This document shows positions 10,370-23,651 of a DNA stretch of 64,000 nt, piece by piece. The notes beneath the pieces are model-generated. The model worked only from the letters and a program-made list of their open reading frames with translations. It was not told the DNA's origin and made no database searches. Position numbers and translations under genes: made by a program. This stretch comes from Octopus vulgaris (lineage: Eukaryota), in the NCBI GenBank assembly GCA_951406725.2, contig OX597814.1:214396001-214460000 (forward strand). Reading direction: 5' to 3'. The number at the start of each line of letters is the position of its first letter. Positions within the stretch are counted from its first letter, which is position 1.

Positions 10370-11218
10370 GTAAGTTTCAAGGAATTAAATGTCTTTGTAT
10401 AATCTTTTTCCTAATATGATTAGCTTTTCATAGAACTTGAATTCTAATGTTATGTTAGCCAGTTTTGTGAAAATAGATGAGTGTTGAAATGCTTGTGGAC
10501 AAAAAAATGTTCTTGTTAATGATAAGAAGTTTTATCATTTTCCAAAAACAATTGTAATTTGGTTTTTGATCCTTGAAGTTTGAGTGAACATCGTTTATAG
10601 CTTAAAATTTCAATGTTAAAATGTTGAGCTACTTTAAAAATAATAATGAAATTATTGTATACAGTGCTCAGGTGCACCACAACTTGTCAGAAAGTGCATA
10701 TAGAGTGTATGCAGTAATGTACAAATGTCTGGAGAGCGAACAATGTATGAGTCAGATACATGCTTGTGTGTGTATGGAGGGGAGAAAATCAGGTGTAATG
10801 TTGGCGAATCTCAGAAAGCATGGAAGTTTTGAAGGATGCAGGGCTCCGACAACTAACAACTGATGCCGGCAGTTTGTTCCACGCTTCAGCAACTCTCAGC
10901 GTGAAAAAATGTTTCCTGAAGTCATGGGAGCTGTGCTGGTTTCTGACTTTGTAAATATGTCCACGGGTGTTAGATAGGTGGAGTTTGAAAAGGTGCTCAG
11001 AGTTATTGTTTGTAAGATGGTTAATAATGTTCTACAAGCTTATGTTTACTAATTTATGATGCCGACAGTTTGTTCCATGCTTCAGCAACTCTCAAATATT
11101 AATTCAGAAATGAAATAGGCTGAATGGAAAACATTAAATTTTTTTTCTTTGAACATTGAATGTAATGAAAGTGTAATTGAATATATATAACTTGAACATA
11201 AATGTTTATGATTTTCAG

Positions 11219-11270
11219 ATCCTTTAAAGATGGCCAATGGTACAGTTTCAATGACCAGCATGTTTCGAAA
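11219..11270 (+). CDS. USP47: USP47 exon 9 (FND motif)
   Basis: tttcag|A...AAA|gtaagt; SFKDGQWYSFNDQHVSK. Confidence 0.95.
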
Positions 11271-11495
11271 GTAAGTGGCGCCGAAACCATTTGTATGTTT
11301 ATGCATTTTCATGACTAATTTTCAATTATTTTTTATAATCATATTAAAGAGTATGGAATGCTATTGTCAAAACATGTCCACGGCAGTAACATTTATGGAT
11401 GCCACAGCATTTGACTCTGTAAACTGGGAAGTCACATTAGTTATCCTGTGCTGCAGTAGAGTACCAGCAAAAATTAACAGTCAAAATTATCTATC

Positions 11496-11902
11496 AGGCG
11501 CAGGAGTGACTGTGTGGTAAGTAGCTTGCTAACCAACCACATGGTTCCGGGTTCAGTCCCACTGCGTGGCATCTTGGGCAAGTGTCTTCTGCTATAGCCC
11601 CGGGCCGACCAATGCCTTGTGAGTGGAATTGGTAGACGGGAACTGAAAGAAGCCTGTCGTATATATGTATATATATATATGTGTATGTATGTGTGTGTGT
11701 GTGTGTTTGTGTGTCTGTGTTTGTCCTCCTAGCATTGCTTGACAACCGATGCTGGTGTGTCCCCGTCACTTAGCGGTTCGGCAAAAGAGACCGATAGAAT
11801 AAGTACTGGGCTTACAAAGAATAAGTCCCGGAGTCGATTTACTCGACTAAAGGCTTTGCTCCAGCATGGCCGCAGTCAAATGACTAAAACAAGTAAAAGA
11901 GT
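11496..11902 (+). mobile_element. SINE group 1 copy
   Basis: Colinear with 1317-1738. Confidence 0.88.
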
Positions 11903-13901
11903 ATCACAAATGGAAAAGTAGCAGGTCAACTGTAGTTTAAGACTAGCTCTCATGCAAGAACTAATGCTATTTTTTATTTAGTCAGTGTTGTACTGTCTCA
12001 ACCCTTTAGCGTTGAGATGACTTGGCCAAATGTTCTGCTTGTTTATTCACATTGTTTTGAATTAATCATGCATTATTTTGTAGCCTTGAGATTTTGATGA
12101 TATTACTTATTTTCAAAATGACATTGTAAGATAGGTGTGAGAGAGGCCACATCTGGCAAAGATCTGAAAGTATATTTGGGCTTGATATAGCCAGTTTAAC
12201 TACTAAAGCATTAAGTAAAGTTGGGTTGAAATACAGAATCAGAAACAGTGTCACTCTTTTAAAAGACTCACTAACATTAGCTGTTGGGCACAATATGACT
12301 TTACAAGGCCTCAGAATTTAGTACAAAACATTAGTCATGAGCATTAGTGACCGATTGGATGAAAGTTAAATTGGATCACTTAGTGGTAGAGAATAGAGTT
12401 GGATCAACATATGGTTTCAGAGAGCATCTTTTGAAGAATATTTGTTATTCATCTGAAGAAAAATTATAACTTAATTTTGTTTCCTCCTTAAACATAATAA
12501 GGTTGTTTGAAAAATGTTTAATTGAAAGAGATGGAAATGATTGAGAAAACACTAAAGTTTGTAGCCCTGAGATTGATGATAAATAGTAGAAATTTAAAGC
12601 AAAGAAAAATTTTTACAGAAAAAAAAAAATTTACAATCAATAAAAGTAAATATCTAAATATTCAGTTCAAGTCATACAACATCAGTAGTGCTTTACCATT
12701 AAACAAATGTTAAACTTCTTTGATTTGATAGCAAATCAAACATTTTTATTTATATTGAAGAAAATAGATTCACAGATTCTCTGTTTTTTAGCATTGAGAA
12801 TTGGTAAATTTTTGACATATTTTGAAGTGGAAAATACCGAAATTATATAATGGCTTTGACTTGCCAAAATGATTTATGTAGTTACGCCCTTTTCAAGTTC
12901 TGAGTTATCTTATAGGGAATCATCATTATCGTTTATTATTTGTTTTCTATGCTGGCATGGGTTGGATGGTTTGACAGGAGTTGGCAAGGCTGGAAGCCTC
13001 ATCAAGTACCATTGTCTGTTTTGGCATAGTTTCTACAGTTGATGCCTTTCCTAATGCCAACCACTAGGTCCTTTTTACACGGCACCAGCACCAGTTCTTT
13101 TTACGTAGCACTGTCACCAGTGCTTTAGTGCTGTTTACATGGTACTGTCACCAGTTCTTTTTACATGACACAAACACCAGTGCTTAAGTGTGGCCATGTT
13201 CCAGATTTTTTTGAAAGATAATATATAATTAAATAAATCCTTAGGTGTTTTTACATTAGTTCATATCAATAAAATGCTGCTTTATATTAACCCTTTTGTT
13301 ACTAACCTGGCCAAAACCGGCTCTGGCTCTGTAGTAAAATGTCTTGTTTTCATAAGTTTTGAATTAAGATATTCCACCAAACCTTAGTCATAATTTACGT
13401 TCCTAACACTAGCTTAATGATAACTAAGTTATTTTACTAAATTCTTTGTTATATTTAAAATAATTGAAAGAAACACAGAGCATCTCAAAATAAATACAGT
13501 AACAAAAGGGTTAATGTATTTGTTTTGTTTTTTTTTAACTTATGTAGGTTTGCTTGGTTTATTTCTAACAGTTGCTTTAGAAACTTGGTAATTAGTTGGT
13601 CAGAAGTGTTGTGTTATCTCTATCATGGAAAATGCAACCTGACAAAACTTCAGTATTAACATTGCCAGGAAATTGGAAGGTTGTCTTATATATTTGTTAG
13701 TTGTTTTGCATCAAGGATCTTGTTGCTAAATTCTTTGTTCTTAGATATAGCTTGTTAAAGAATTTATTTATGAATATATATATATATAAAATAAGTCTGG
13801 GCCTGGAGTGAGACATTACTTTCAAAGATTCCTTGATTAACTAGTTTTTTTGTTTTTTTAAAAGCCATTGGCGGATGATGATAGTTTTATTTTCATTGTA
13901 G

Positions 13902-13978
13902 ATCACTTATGATGATATCCGGAAAACCTATGGAGGTTCAAATACAGGTCGTACTTACTATTCAGCTTCTTACACTAG
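13902..13978 (+). CDS. USP47: USP47 exon 10
   Basis: ttgtag|ATC...AG|gtaaat; ITYDDIRKTYGGSNTGRTYYSASYT(S). Confidence 0.93.
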
Positions 13979-14222
13979 GTAAATTACTTTTCAAATGTCT
14001 TATGGTTTTCCTTTATTTTTTGTAAATGGTACTAAAACAATTCATATTAATTTCAAACTTTTGAAACTTAATATCAAATTTGATTATAGACAAAAATATT
14101 ATCATGTCCATGTCTTGAAATAATACATTTGTAAGCATATTTTATACTTAGATCTTAATATATTACATCAATTTTTTAAAAAGTATTGCAAATATACTTA
14201 AATTCAATATATTTTTTTCCAG

Positions 14223-14278
14223 CTCTACCAATGCCTACATGTTAATGTACCGGCAAATCGATAAAGAAAGAAATGCAG
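14223..14278 (+). CDS. USP47: USP47 exon 11 (end of catalytic domain)
   Basis: ttccag|C...G|gtaaat; STNAYMLMYRQIDKERNA. Confidence 0.95.
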
Positions 14279-14589
14279 GTAAATTGATGGAATTTCTTTG
14301 AATTTATATCTAGAAATGTGGAACAAATATATTTTAAATATCTTTTACATCAGTTCAGTTTATTCTTTATATTGTTTAAACTCTCTGCAAACTGAATATG
14401 CCATTGAGTTTTGAGTCAAGTTGAAATTATGTATAACAAGTGGAGTGCCTTTTTTTTCATTTCTGTATTTTAAAACTGAATATTGCTTATTTTCTTCAGT
14501 TAAAAAAAAATATTTCCATTTTTTGGATAGTTCTCTAAATGAAATATGTTGAGCAGATATTCACTAGCTCCATGTAGTCACTGACCAGG

Positions 14590-15500
14590 CAATTCTTTCT
14601 TGATTGTCCTGTTTTTTTTTCCATCTTGGCCCAAATTGTTTAACTAGATCATCTTCACATCATTGTGTAGGCCTTCTGAGAGGCTTTTTCAGATTTCTTG
14701 GATATTACTTGACAATTACATAGGTCCATTTATTGTCTGTGATCTTTGCGATGTGTTTGGCACAGTGGAACTTATGCTTTTGGTATTCTGTAATCGAATT
14801 GTTCACACCACTCCATTCTTAATTACCTCATTTTGGATATGCTCTTGGAATGATTTATGGAGATGTACTCGCATAGCAAGTGATTTGATCTGAGATCGTG
14901 TGCTGAAACGAAAACAAAAGCCGTTTGATTCACTTCAACATTTAAGTTTAATTTGTCAAAATATTCTCATCGCTATAAGACCGCGACCTGTTCACTGACA
15001 AAAATCCGTGCTGTGAACAGGTCGCGGTCTTATAGCGATCAAAATATTTTGACAAATTAAACTTAAATGTTGAAGTGAATCGAACGGCTTTTGTGTATTT
15101 CTTGGAATGATATTTCTTGCATAGGGATCCTACCATGACCCTTTGTGTTGTTGCCAATCAACGTTCTTCCCTCATTGTAGTAGCCTGCATCTTACTTGCA
15201 TATAAGAGCACAGATAGGATGTTGCTATTGAAAAGACTGACACGTAGAATCTTGTCCAGTTTTGCCTTGAGCACATCTTTTATTCCATCCTGCCCCTTAT
15301 TCTTGAGATTTCAGTATCCATGTCTTGATGCACCTTCACTGTGTGTCCCAAGTAGACATTCTCCTTTATCTCCTTGATTTCATTGCTTCTCACTTCTCTT
15401 TGGCTAAGTGCTGTGTTTTTGGACTGCATATATTTCGTTTTCATGTGCGTTTTTCTAGCCACATGAAAGCTAGATGTTGTATCTTGCTTTTATATATCGC
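14590..15500 (-). mobile_element. Decayed RTE-like LINE fragment (hosts the 82-bp palindrome)
   Basis: KTKYM...NVYLGH...DTEISRI fragments in ORF 15280-15462. Confidence 0.45.
14914..15094. repeat. 82-bp-arm inverted repeat made of two copies of the hammerhead-bearing repeat seen at 725-870
   Basis: Arms 14914-14995 and 15013-15094, 3 mismatches, 17-bp spacer. Confidence 0.9.
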
Positions 15501-15853
15501 TCCAAGCTGTTTATTAGATATTACCCTCATCCTTTACTCAAGTACAATAAAATTCAGAAACCTGGTATATGTATAATTGGTTAGTCAGAGGTGTTGTGTT
15601 ATCTCTATCATGGAATATATAACCAGACATGACTTCAGAATCAAGAGTGCCAAAAATTGGAGATTTTTTCTTGCATAATTGCTAGTTGTTTTGTATAAGG
15701 AATCTTGTTGCTAAATTCCTTGTTCTTAGGTATAGTTTGTTTAAAATCACGCATAACAGAACTTGATAGAAGTCTCATTTATCTTCTGTTAATATCAGTT
15801 CAGTCCTTATCTGGTGTAAGTCCCATTAAATTATTGTTTTTGTTATCTTGCAG

Positions 15854-15966
15854 ATTTTGTTTCTCCAGAAGATTTCCCACCACATATGAAAGCTCAGTTA
15901 GAAGAGTTAAGATCAAGAGAAGAAAACGAAAGGAAGCAGCAAGAAATTGATAAATGTACTTGCAAG
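15854..15966 (+). CDS. USP47: USP47 exon 12
   Basis: ttgcag|AT...AAG|gtaaag; (D)FVSPEDFPPHMKAQLEELRSREENERKQQEIDKCTCK. Confidence 0.92.
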
Positions 15967-16799
15967 GTAAAGTGAAAGTACAACAAATTGAAGTTAATTT
16001 GGCCGAACAGTCGAAAGCATATATTTGTATTTAATAGGTGCACATACGGTCATGTTGAAAAAGTTCACTTTGTATTCAAATGGTTCTGGCTTTCATCTCA
16101 CTCAATAGCTTCTTTGCTACTATAGCCTTGGGTCAACCTATACCTTATGATTGGAATTTTATTCACAAAAATGGCCCGGTGGCACGTAAAAAGCACCATC
16201 CGATCGTGGCCGTTGCCAGCCTCGCCTTGCCCGTCGTGCCGGTGGCACGTAAAAAGCACCCACTACACACACTTATGGAGTGGTCGGCGTTAGGAAGGGC
16301 ATCCAGCCGTAGAAACATTGCCAGATCAGACTGGGCTTGGTGCAGCCTTCTGGCTTCCTAGACCCCAGTTGAACCGTCCAACCCATGCTAGCATGGAAAG
16401 AGGATGCTAAACGATGATGATGATGAAAAACTGTGCAGAATCGCATCTCTCTCTCTCACATGTATGTTTCTGTGTGTGTGTGTGTGTGTTATTTACTTTA
16501 TTCCAGTTTAAAATCAGTTGTTGTTTGTTTTGTTATGTAATTTAACAGTTTGACAAACAGAGATCTATAAAACAAGTGTAAGACTGCAATACACTGGGGT
16601 TGGCATGGTTGGCTACATCCATGAAGGCAATGCCCCACTAGTGTTTGAAAGGAAGGACAGAATATATTGTTTATATGTAAACTACTCAGTAGGCTGATGG
16701 TGTTTATACATAGTCTCTACAATTTAGACACCTCTTTATACATTGATGATATTAATTGAATCTATAATAAAATAATTCTTTTTGATCAATCTTTCATAA

Positions 16800-17665
16800 A
16801 ATAATGATGAAATTATTGTATACAGTGCTCAGGTGCACCACAACTTGTCAGAAAGTGCGTATAGAGTATATGCAGTAATGTAAAAATGTTTGGAAAGCGA
16901 ACAATGTATGAGTCAGATACATGCTTGCGTGTGTATGGAGGGGAGAAAATCAGGTGTAGTGTTGCTGAATCTCAGGAAAGTCATGGGAGCTGTGCTGTTT
17001 TCTGACTTTGTAAACATGTCCACGGGTGTTAGACAGGAGGAGTTTGAAAAGGTGCTCAGAGTTATTGTTAGTAAGATGGTTAATAATTTTATGGGTGTCT
17101 GCCAAGTCAGCTGCCAGACGTTCAAGTTTCAATGTTTCTATGCCCAGGGAAGTAAGGCGTTCAGAATATGGCAAATGCCTGATGGAGGGTATTCTCTTGG
17201 TTGCACGTCACTGAACGGTTTCCAGACGATTAATATCCTGGGCAAGATAGGGGTTCCAGACCGGTGATGCAAATTCCAGGTGAGGCCGCACCATAGCTAT
17301 ATAAACCCTCAGATAGATAGCTGGAGAGCAGCTCACAAAGGACTTGGTGAGTGATGCCAAGGCACCCTCAGCCTTCTCGGCAATTTTAGCAATGTGTTTT
17401 GTCCAACGCAAATCGCTATCAACAATAACGCCCAGGTCACGTTCACAAGAATACTTTTTGAGATTAGTGTTGTGGAGGGAGTAAGTAGACACTGGGTTTC
17501 TCCTCCCAAAATGCATGGTAGTACATTTGTCCACAGCCAGCTTGAGTTGCCAGTCCATGATCCACTGCTGCATTGTGTCCAGGTCTGATTGCAATAAAGA
17601 TCTATAGTGTACAGGATCTGTCCTCTTTATTTCGCGGTATAACTTGATGTTATCTGCATATTTAT
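16800..17665 (-). mobile_element. CR1-clade LINE 3' fragment (shorter copies at ~10640-11030 minus and ~31503-31731 plus)
   Basis: YADNIKLY...LQSDLD...W..WQL....KC..MHFG...ERDLGV.VD...VRPHLEFASPVWNP...RLETVQ; with stops and a deletion. Confidence 0.85.
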
Positions 17666-17813
17666 TTATATATGTACATTTCTAAAAGTATGCAAAATGA
17701 TTTCCTTCTTCATGACTAGAAATATTTTTTGTAAATTGTTTTATTGTTACCTTGTTTGAATGTGAATGAATTCTGTAATGCACCCTGAAGAATATTTACT
17801 TGTTTTGTTCTAG

Positions 17814-17918
17814 ATAAAAGTCTTTTGTTACAAACCAGGCACTCAAGTGAAAATGGAAAATAAACTTGAGGTGCACAAAGATAAAACCTTACGAGAGACA
17901 ACAGAAATTGCTTATAAT
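17814..17918 (+). CDS. USP47: USP47 exon 13
   Basis: ttctag|ATA...AAT|gtaagt; [35 protein letters not shown]. Confidence 0.94.
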
Positions 17919-18839
17919 GTAAGTTTTTGAGTTTTGAGACCATTTTTTTCATTTGTCATTTGTACTGATTATAATATTTTGGATGAAAGAATTATTGCTC
18001 GAAGGAGAACATTCTCTTAATTGTTATGTTTCCACAAACAGCCCCAGAAATGGTGTTTTTTTTCTTTTTATGTGTTTGTTGTCACTTTAATATTTTGTTT
18101 TGACTCTTTGAAAATTGATTGTTGATAAGGAGTCTTTCCTAAAAGAAGGCTGTTTTCCTTTTTCACTACCATTATTCAACCTGTTTGATGCCAAGCTACC
18201 TCTAACTTCCCTTGGTTGTATGATACAAACTTGATTCAAATGATCTAAATGTGGCATTTGAACTCAGAACATAAGTTCGGAAGAAATGCTGCTAAACATT
18301 TTGTTTGGCACAGCAACAATTCTGCCTGCTCACCATCCTACTCCAGATTGATATAGATTGTTATTTTACTATCAAAATTAATTAGAACAAAGGCAGTTCT
18401 GAGTTCAAATTCTGCTGAGGTTGATTTTTGCCTTTCACCCTTTTCGGGGTCGATAAATTAAGTACCAGTTGCATACTGGGGTCAATCTAACCGACTGCCC
18501 CTTTCTCCCCAAAAATTTCGAGCCTTGTGCCTAGAGTAGAAAAGAATATATTCTGTATTTGAGGCAGTGAACTAGCAGAATCATTAGCACACCAGGCAAA
18601 ATACTAAGCAACATTTTGTCTGTCTTTACATTCTGAGTTCATATTCCACCAAAGTTGATTTCACTTATCTTCCTTTTGGGGGCCAATGTAATCAACTTGT
18701 TCCCTCTCCTGAACTTGCTGACCTTGTGCTAAAATTTGAGAGCAATATACTCTATATCTGGATTTTAACAGTGTGTTTGAGATCCGTATGTAAGGATATC
18801 TTTACATTTTATATAATCCATGTCTCAACTCTTTTGTAG

Positions 18840-19047
18840 TTGTTTCAGTTGAAGGACGTGGCTTCTCTGGACTGTTGTCGATTAGTCAAATATGACGACT
18901 ATTGCGAGGCTCTAGAGAAATCATTTGAAAATGAAGAAGACAGCCCCATTGAAAAGTTACTGGGAGGAGTCAAGTCAACTTACACATTTGATCTACTATT
19001 AGAGATACGGCGCCCTGACCAAACATTTCAAGAGTATAAACCAGGTG
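18840..19047 (+). CDS. USP47: USP47 exon 14 (ubiquitin-like region)
   Basis: ttgtag|TTG...GGT G|gtaagt; [19 protein letters not shown]...[30 protein letters not shown]. Confidence 0.95.
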
Positions 19048-21541
19048 GTAAGTAAAATTTTATAAATTTGAGATACATTTTGCAAATTTTAGATTGCTGA
19101 AGAAAAGGAAAATATTAATATGCCCAACATGTTAATTACTTTTATTTATCCATCAATTTATACTTCAAGAAATATAAAAATCTCATGAGTTTCTGCTTCT
19201 GAATTGGTTGATATGAGAATGAGATGTTTTAGGGGTAGCCCCTTGGGTACATTATCAGTAAATAGTAGAGACTTTGACATTTGACTAATTGCTTTATTAA
19301 TTGATTAAATGTAAGCATGTTAAATAATATGTATATTTTATTGGTAGCTAGGTGCCATAGATTCAGCTGTTACTAGGGATCCTGTCAAACCAATAAGAGA
19401 GCCTCTACATAGTCACTTGATTTGCTAGAATTAACAGTCAAATTGTCCTAATATAACAATCTTCAAAAGAAGGAAAGGCATCTTTGCTAATGTGGCTATA
19501 CATACATCATCATCATCATTTAATGTCTAGTTTTCCATGCTTGCATGGGTTAGAGAGAACTTGTTGCAGTAGATTTTCTATGACCAGGTGGCCTTCTCGT
19601 TATTAACCTTCACCTGTTTCCAAGCAAAGTAATATTTCCCATGGCCAGAATTGCATTATGTGAAGACAAGAGTGTACACACACACATCAGGTTTCTTTCA
19701 GTTTCCACTTGATCAAATCTATTCACAAGGTTTTGGTTGGCCCAGGGCTATAGAAGAAGACACTTGTTCAAGGTGCCTCTCAATGGGACTAAATCCGAGA
19801 CCATGTCGTTTAGAAGCAATCTTCTTTATTTCAAAATTTTGCCATAAAGGCATGACACAGAGTAGCTTGCAGGCTGGACAAAAACATTAATGAGATGAAT
19901 GATGAAAAAGGATGATATTGATGAGAGAAGACAAAAAACGCCTGCCGATTTTTTTTGCTTCTCTAATACATTATTTTAAAAAAAAAACAAAACAAAATGA
20001 GGTATTAAACCTCTTACTTTAGTTTTTATACTTGTTCCATTACAAAATTTTTTTCGTCTTTTTACAAAAAAAACACACAAAAATGAGGTAGTAAACCTCT
20101 TATACAGACTGAGACACCAAGTCTCTTCAACCATCCCCTATCAATTCTCTTTCCGCCTGCAGGCAATCCCTCAGCCTCAAGTCGGGGCCCCAAAAGATAT
20201 AATTGTAATATTTCTTCAAACAGGACTCCACTATTCAAAAGAACTCTCTTTCTTTCACCACTAGCGCTGCCACCTGCGGTGGCCAATGCTGACTATCAGT
20301 ACAGGCCGAGTCCATGAGGTCCTGACCTTCAAGACAACTCTCCCCAAAGATAGAATACCACATATTCTTTACTTTCACTGGGAGGGGCCACAGCTTCCTC
20401 TGTCGGTGGCATGATTCCCACCTAAGAGGCCTTGGAACATGCCGGCACTTCATTGCAACCCTCCAGCAATGTCCCATTTTTTTTTCTTTTTTATCTTTGG
20501 TGCAAGAGGGGTTGGCTCCTTTGCCATAACCGTAGGAACTCTCTTCTGTTAGTTTTAGGTCAACCCAAACCTTGTAAGTGAAATTGGGTAGATGGAAACT
20601 GCAGAAGTTTGTTGGATGAACTGCATGAGTTCTTGTCTGGTAGTGTGTCTGGGTTTAACACAAACACCTAGCTATTAGGTGCATTTAGTGGGATCTACTA
20701 GGATTTAATTCAAACCAGTCTCCAGTTTGAGGTGACTCCATTATCTCCCTTCTTCAAACCAGTTTTGAAGATTCTGCAAAAGACCATCAGTACCGTACTT
20801 CTTCTTTCAGCCAAAAAGCAAATACAGCAAAGAACATGTGCAAATGTGCTACATGCATATATGTTTGCACAAACTGTATGGTGGGTGGGTGGTTAAGGTG
20901 CTTGTAAGATATCACACAAATGAATATCTGACACAGATATAGACTGATCATTGTAGTAACATTAGTTCTTGCTGGTTTTGAACAGAGCATGTTACATCAT
21001 CATCATCATTGTTTAACGTCCGCTTTCCATGCTAGCATGGGTTGGACGGTTCAACCGGGGATCTGGGAAGCCAGAAGGCTGCACCAGGCTCCAGTCTTAT
21101 CTGGCAGTGTTTCTACAGCTGGATGCCCTTCCTAACGTCAACCACTCCGTGAGTGTAGTGGGTGCTTTTTACGTGCCACCGGCACAGGTGCCAGGGGAGG
21201 CTGGCAATGGCCATGATCGGATTGGTGCTTTTTACGTGCCACCAGCACAAGTACCAGGCGAGGCGGCGCTGGCATCGGCCACGATTCGGATAGTGCTTTT
21301 TACGTATTTCCAGTCCAGGGGTCCTGGCATCTGCCGGGTGCCAGTCATAGGATTGGTTCAATTTCGATTCCGATTTCACTTGCCCCAACAGGTCTTCGCA
21401 AGCAAAGTGGGGGTTATATTTGTCATCAATGAATATTCTTCACTTATGTTAACATGGAAAAGGGATGATGATGAAGGATAATGAATTGTATTATTTCAAT
21501 GTTTATTTCTAATAAGTCAGCTACTCTCTTTGTCTCTTTAG

Positions 21542-21657
21542 GTGTGACAATAAAGGTTCATTTGGTAGATCTTGAATCTGAAATCATCCACTCACCAGTC
21601 ACAGTGCGAGCTTGTAATAGCAATACAGTAGCCGAGTTTAAAGAACTTGTTGCAAAA
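21542..21657 (+). CDS. USP47: USP47 exon 15
   Basis: ctttag|GT...AAA|gtaagt; (G)VTIKVHLVDLESEIIHSPVTVRACNSNTVAEFKELVAK. Confidence 0.93.
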
Positions 21658-22387
21658 GTAAGTAATCTTGATATTGCCACTTTTTTTTTTTTTAATTGTA
21701 TTTTGTATCATTAGCTAAAAAAACATTGTATATGCAAGGAAAAAATAATCGATTTTTGTGACATGACTTACTAAATTATCTATGAATATTAATGAAACAT
21801 GCTTATTAGGCAGTAAAACTCAAGGAAGATCCATATTAACCCTTTCGTTACCAACCCGGCTGAAACCGGCTCTTTAGTATAAATGTCTTGTTTTCATAAG
21901 TTTTGAATTCAAAATTTCCACCAAATCTTAGTCACAATTTATGTTCCTAACACTAGCTCAATGATAACGATGTTATTTTACTAAATTCTTTGTTATATTT
22001 AAAATAATTGGAAGAAACACAGAGCATCTCAAAATAAATACAGTAACGAAAGGGTTAATTGGGATTTATAACCAAAGGAAATCAAAAAGAAAAAAAAAAA
22101 ACCTTCACTTCATGAATCAGTTCAATAATATTATAAGAACATTAAAGTTTAAATACCTTTTCTAATATGCTGAAAGGACTTAAAAATGCACTGGCATTTT
22201 TATGCTAATAGGCAAGCATTAAAGTTATATTTACTTTTGCATTTTCACAGGTGATGCATAACTTTCTAAATTCCATTATCTTAACCTCAGTTTTTGCTAT
22301 CATTTAATCTATCATTTACTCACAATATTATTACTTTCTTGCTTAAGCAAGTTCCTTATGTTTTTCCTAAACAATAGTACTTGACCT

Positions 22388-22772
22388 TCTGTGGAGGCGC
22401 AATGGCCCAGTGGTTAGGGCAGCGGACTCGCGGTCATAGGATCGCGGTTTCGATTCCCAGACCAGGCGTTCTGAGTGTTTATTGAGCGAAAACACCTAAA
22501 AGCTCCACGAGGCTCCGGCAGGGGATGGTGGTGATCCCTGCTGTACTCTTTCACCACAACTTTCTCTCACTCTTACTTCCTGTTTCTGTTGTACCTGTAT
22601 TTCAAAGGGCCGGCCTTTCTGTGTCACGCTGAATATCCCCGAGAACTACGTTAAGGGTGCACGTGTCTGTGGAGTGCTCAGCCACTTACACGTTAATTTC
22701 ACGAGCAGGCTGTTCCGTTGATTCGGATCAACCGGAACCCTTGTCGTCGTAACTGACGGAGTGCTTCCATCC
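22388..22772 (+). mobile_element. tRNA-derived SINE group 3
   Basis: tRNA-like head ggaggcgcaatggcccagtggttagggcagcggactcgcgg...ggtttcgattccc; 12-bp TSD agtacttgacct (22376-22387 / 22773-22784). Confidence 0.85.
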
Positions 22773-23390
22773 AGTACTTGACCTCTCATAAGCTTTATCA
22801 GTTCAATAGACATTAATGTCCAAGCTAGTTTTACATCATCTGGGTTTTATAATTGCCAATTGTTATTGCTTTCTTCCCCACCACTTTCTCTCTACTTTCC
22901 ATATTGCATTCTTCCTTAAAGGCTTAATTTTCTTACTTTCTTGTCACTCTACCTTTTCACATTTCCTCCTTTGCTACTTTCATCTCTTTCTCCTCCCTGA
23001 ACTCCTCACCTCCTCCTCCCTTCACTCTTGCTCAACTCTTGCTGCACCTCTCCTTCCTACCTCAACTTTTGCTATTTCTCCCTCTCCCTTGCTCAACTCC
23101 TGCTAGTCCTCCTCCTTAGCTTAGCTTTTACTACTCCTCTCTCTTGCTCAACAATTATTCTTTCATTCTCTTGCTCAACTACTGCTTATCTCCCTCTCCT
23201 TTGGTCAACTGCTGGCTGTCTTTTGCTCTCTCTCTCTCTCTCTCTCTCTCGATTGTCTTTCTCCCTAGCTCAACTACTGCTTCTCTCTCTCTCGACTTCT
23301 TTTTCTTTTTATATTCTTTCCTTCCTCTTCAAAACAGTCTTTCTATATTTGTTGTATGTCTTACTATATAATCTAACTACTCTTTTATAG

Positions 23391-23507
23391 ACATTGAATG
23401 TTCCTGTGACCCATATGCGCTGCTGTCTGGAACTTTACTCAGATCTTCGATTGCTTACCTCACCTGAAGAAACTCTGAAGTCAGAAAATTTTTTCCGTTG
23501 CAATAAA
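23391..23507 (+). CDS. USP47: USP47 exon 16
   Basis: ttatag|ACA...AAA|gtaatt; TLNVPVTHMRCCLELYSDLRLLTSPEETLKSENFFRCNK. Confidence 0.92.
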
Positions 23508-23651
23508 GTAATTTCTTGGAGATAATTTTAAATGCTGCCACTTTATAGCAATTCATTGTTACCGAACAATATAAATATCAACTTTTGATTTAATTAGTAT
23601 GAAGATTTGTTCAAAATTTTCATGCTAATTAGATCTGTATGTAATTTAAAT

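Noticed and set aside
22392-22465. tRNA gene (also ~6746, ~58733, ~40860)
   Set aside because: The tRNA-like part continues into a SINE body with target duplications, and there is no complete acceptor stem or terminator.
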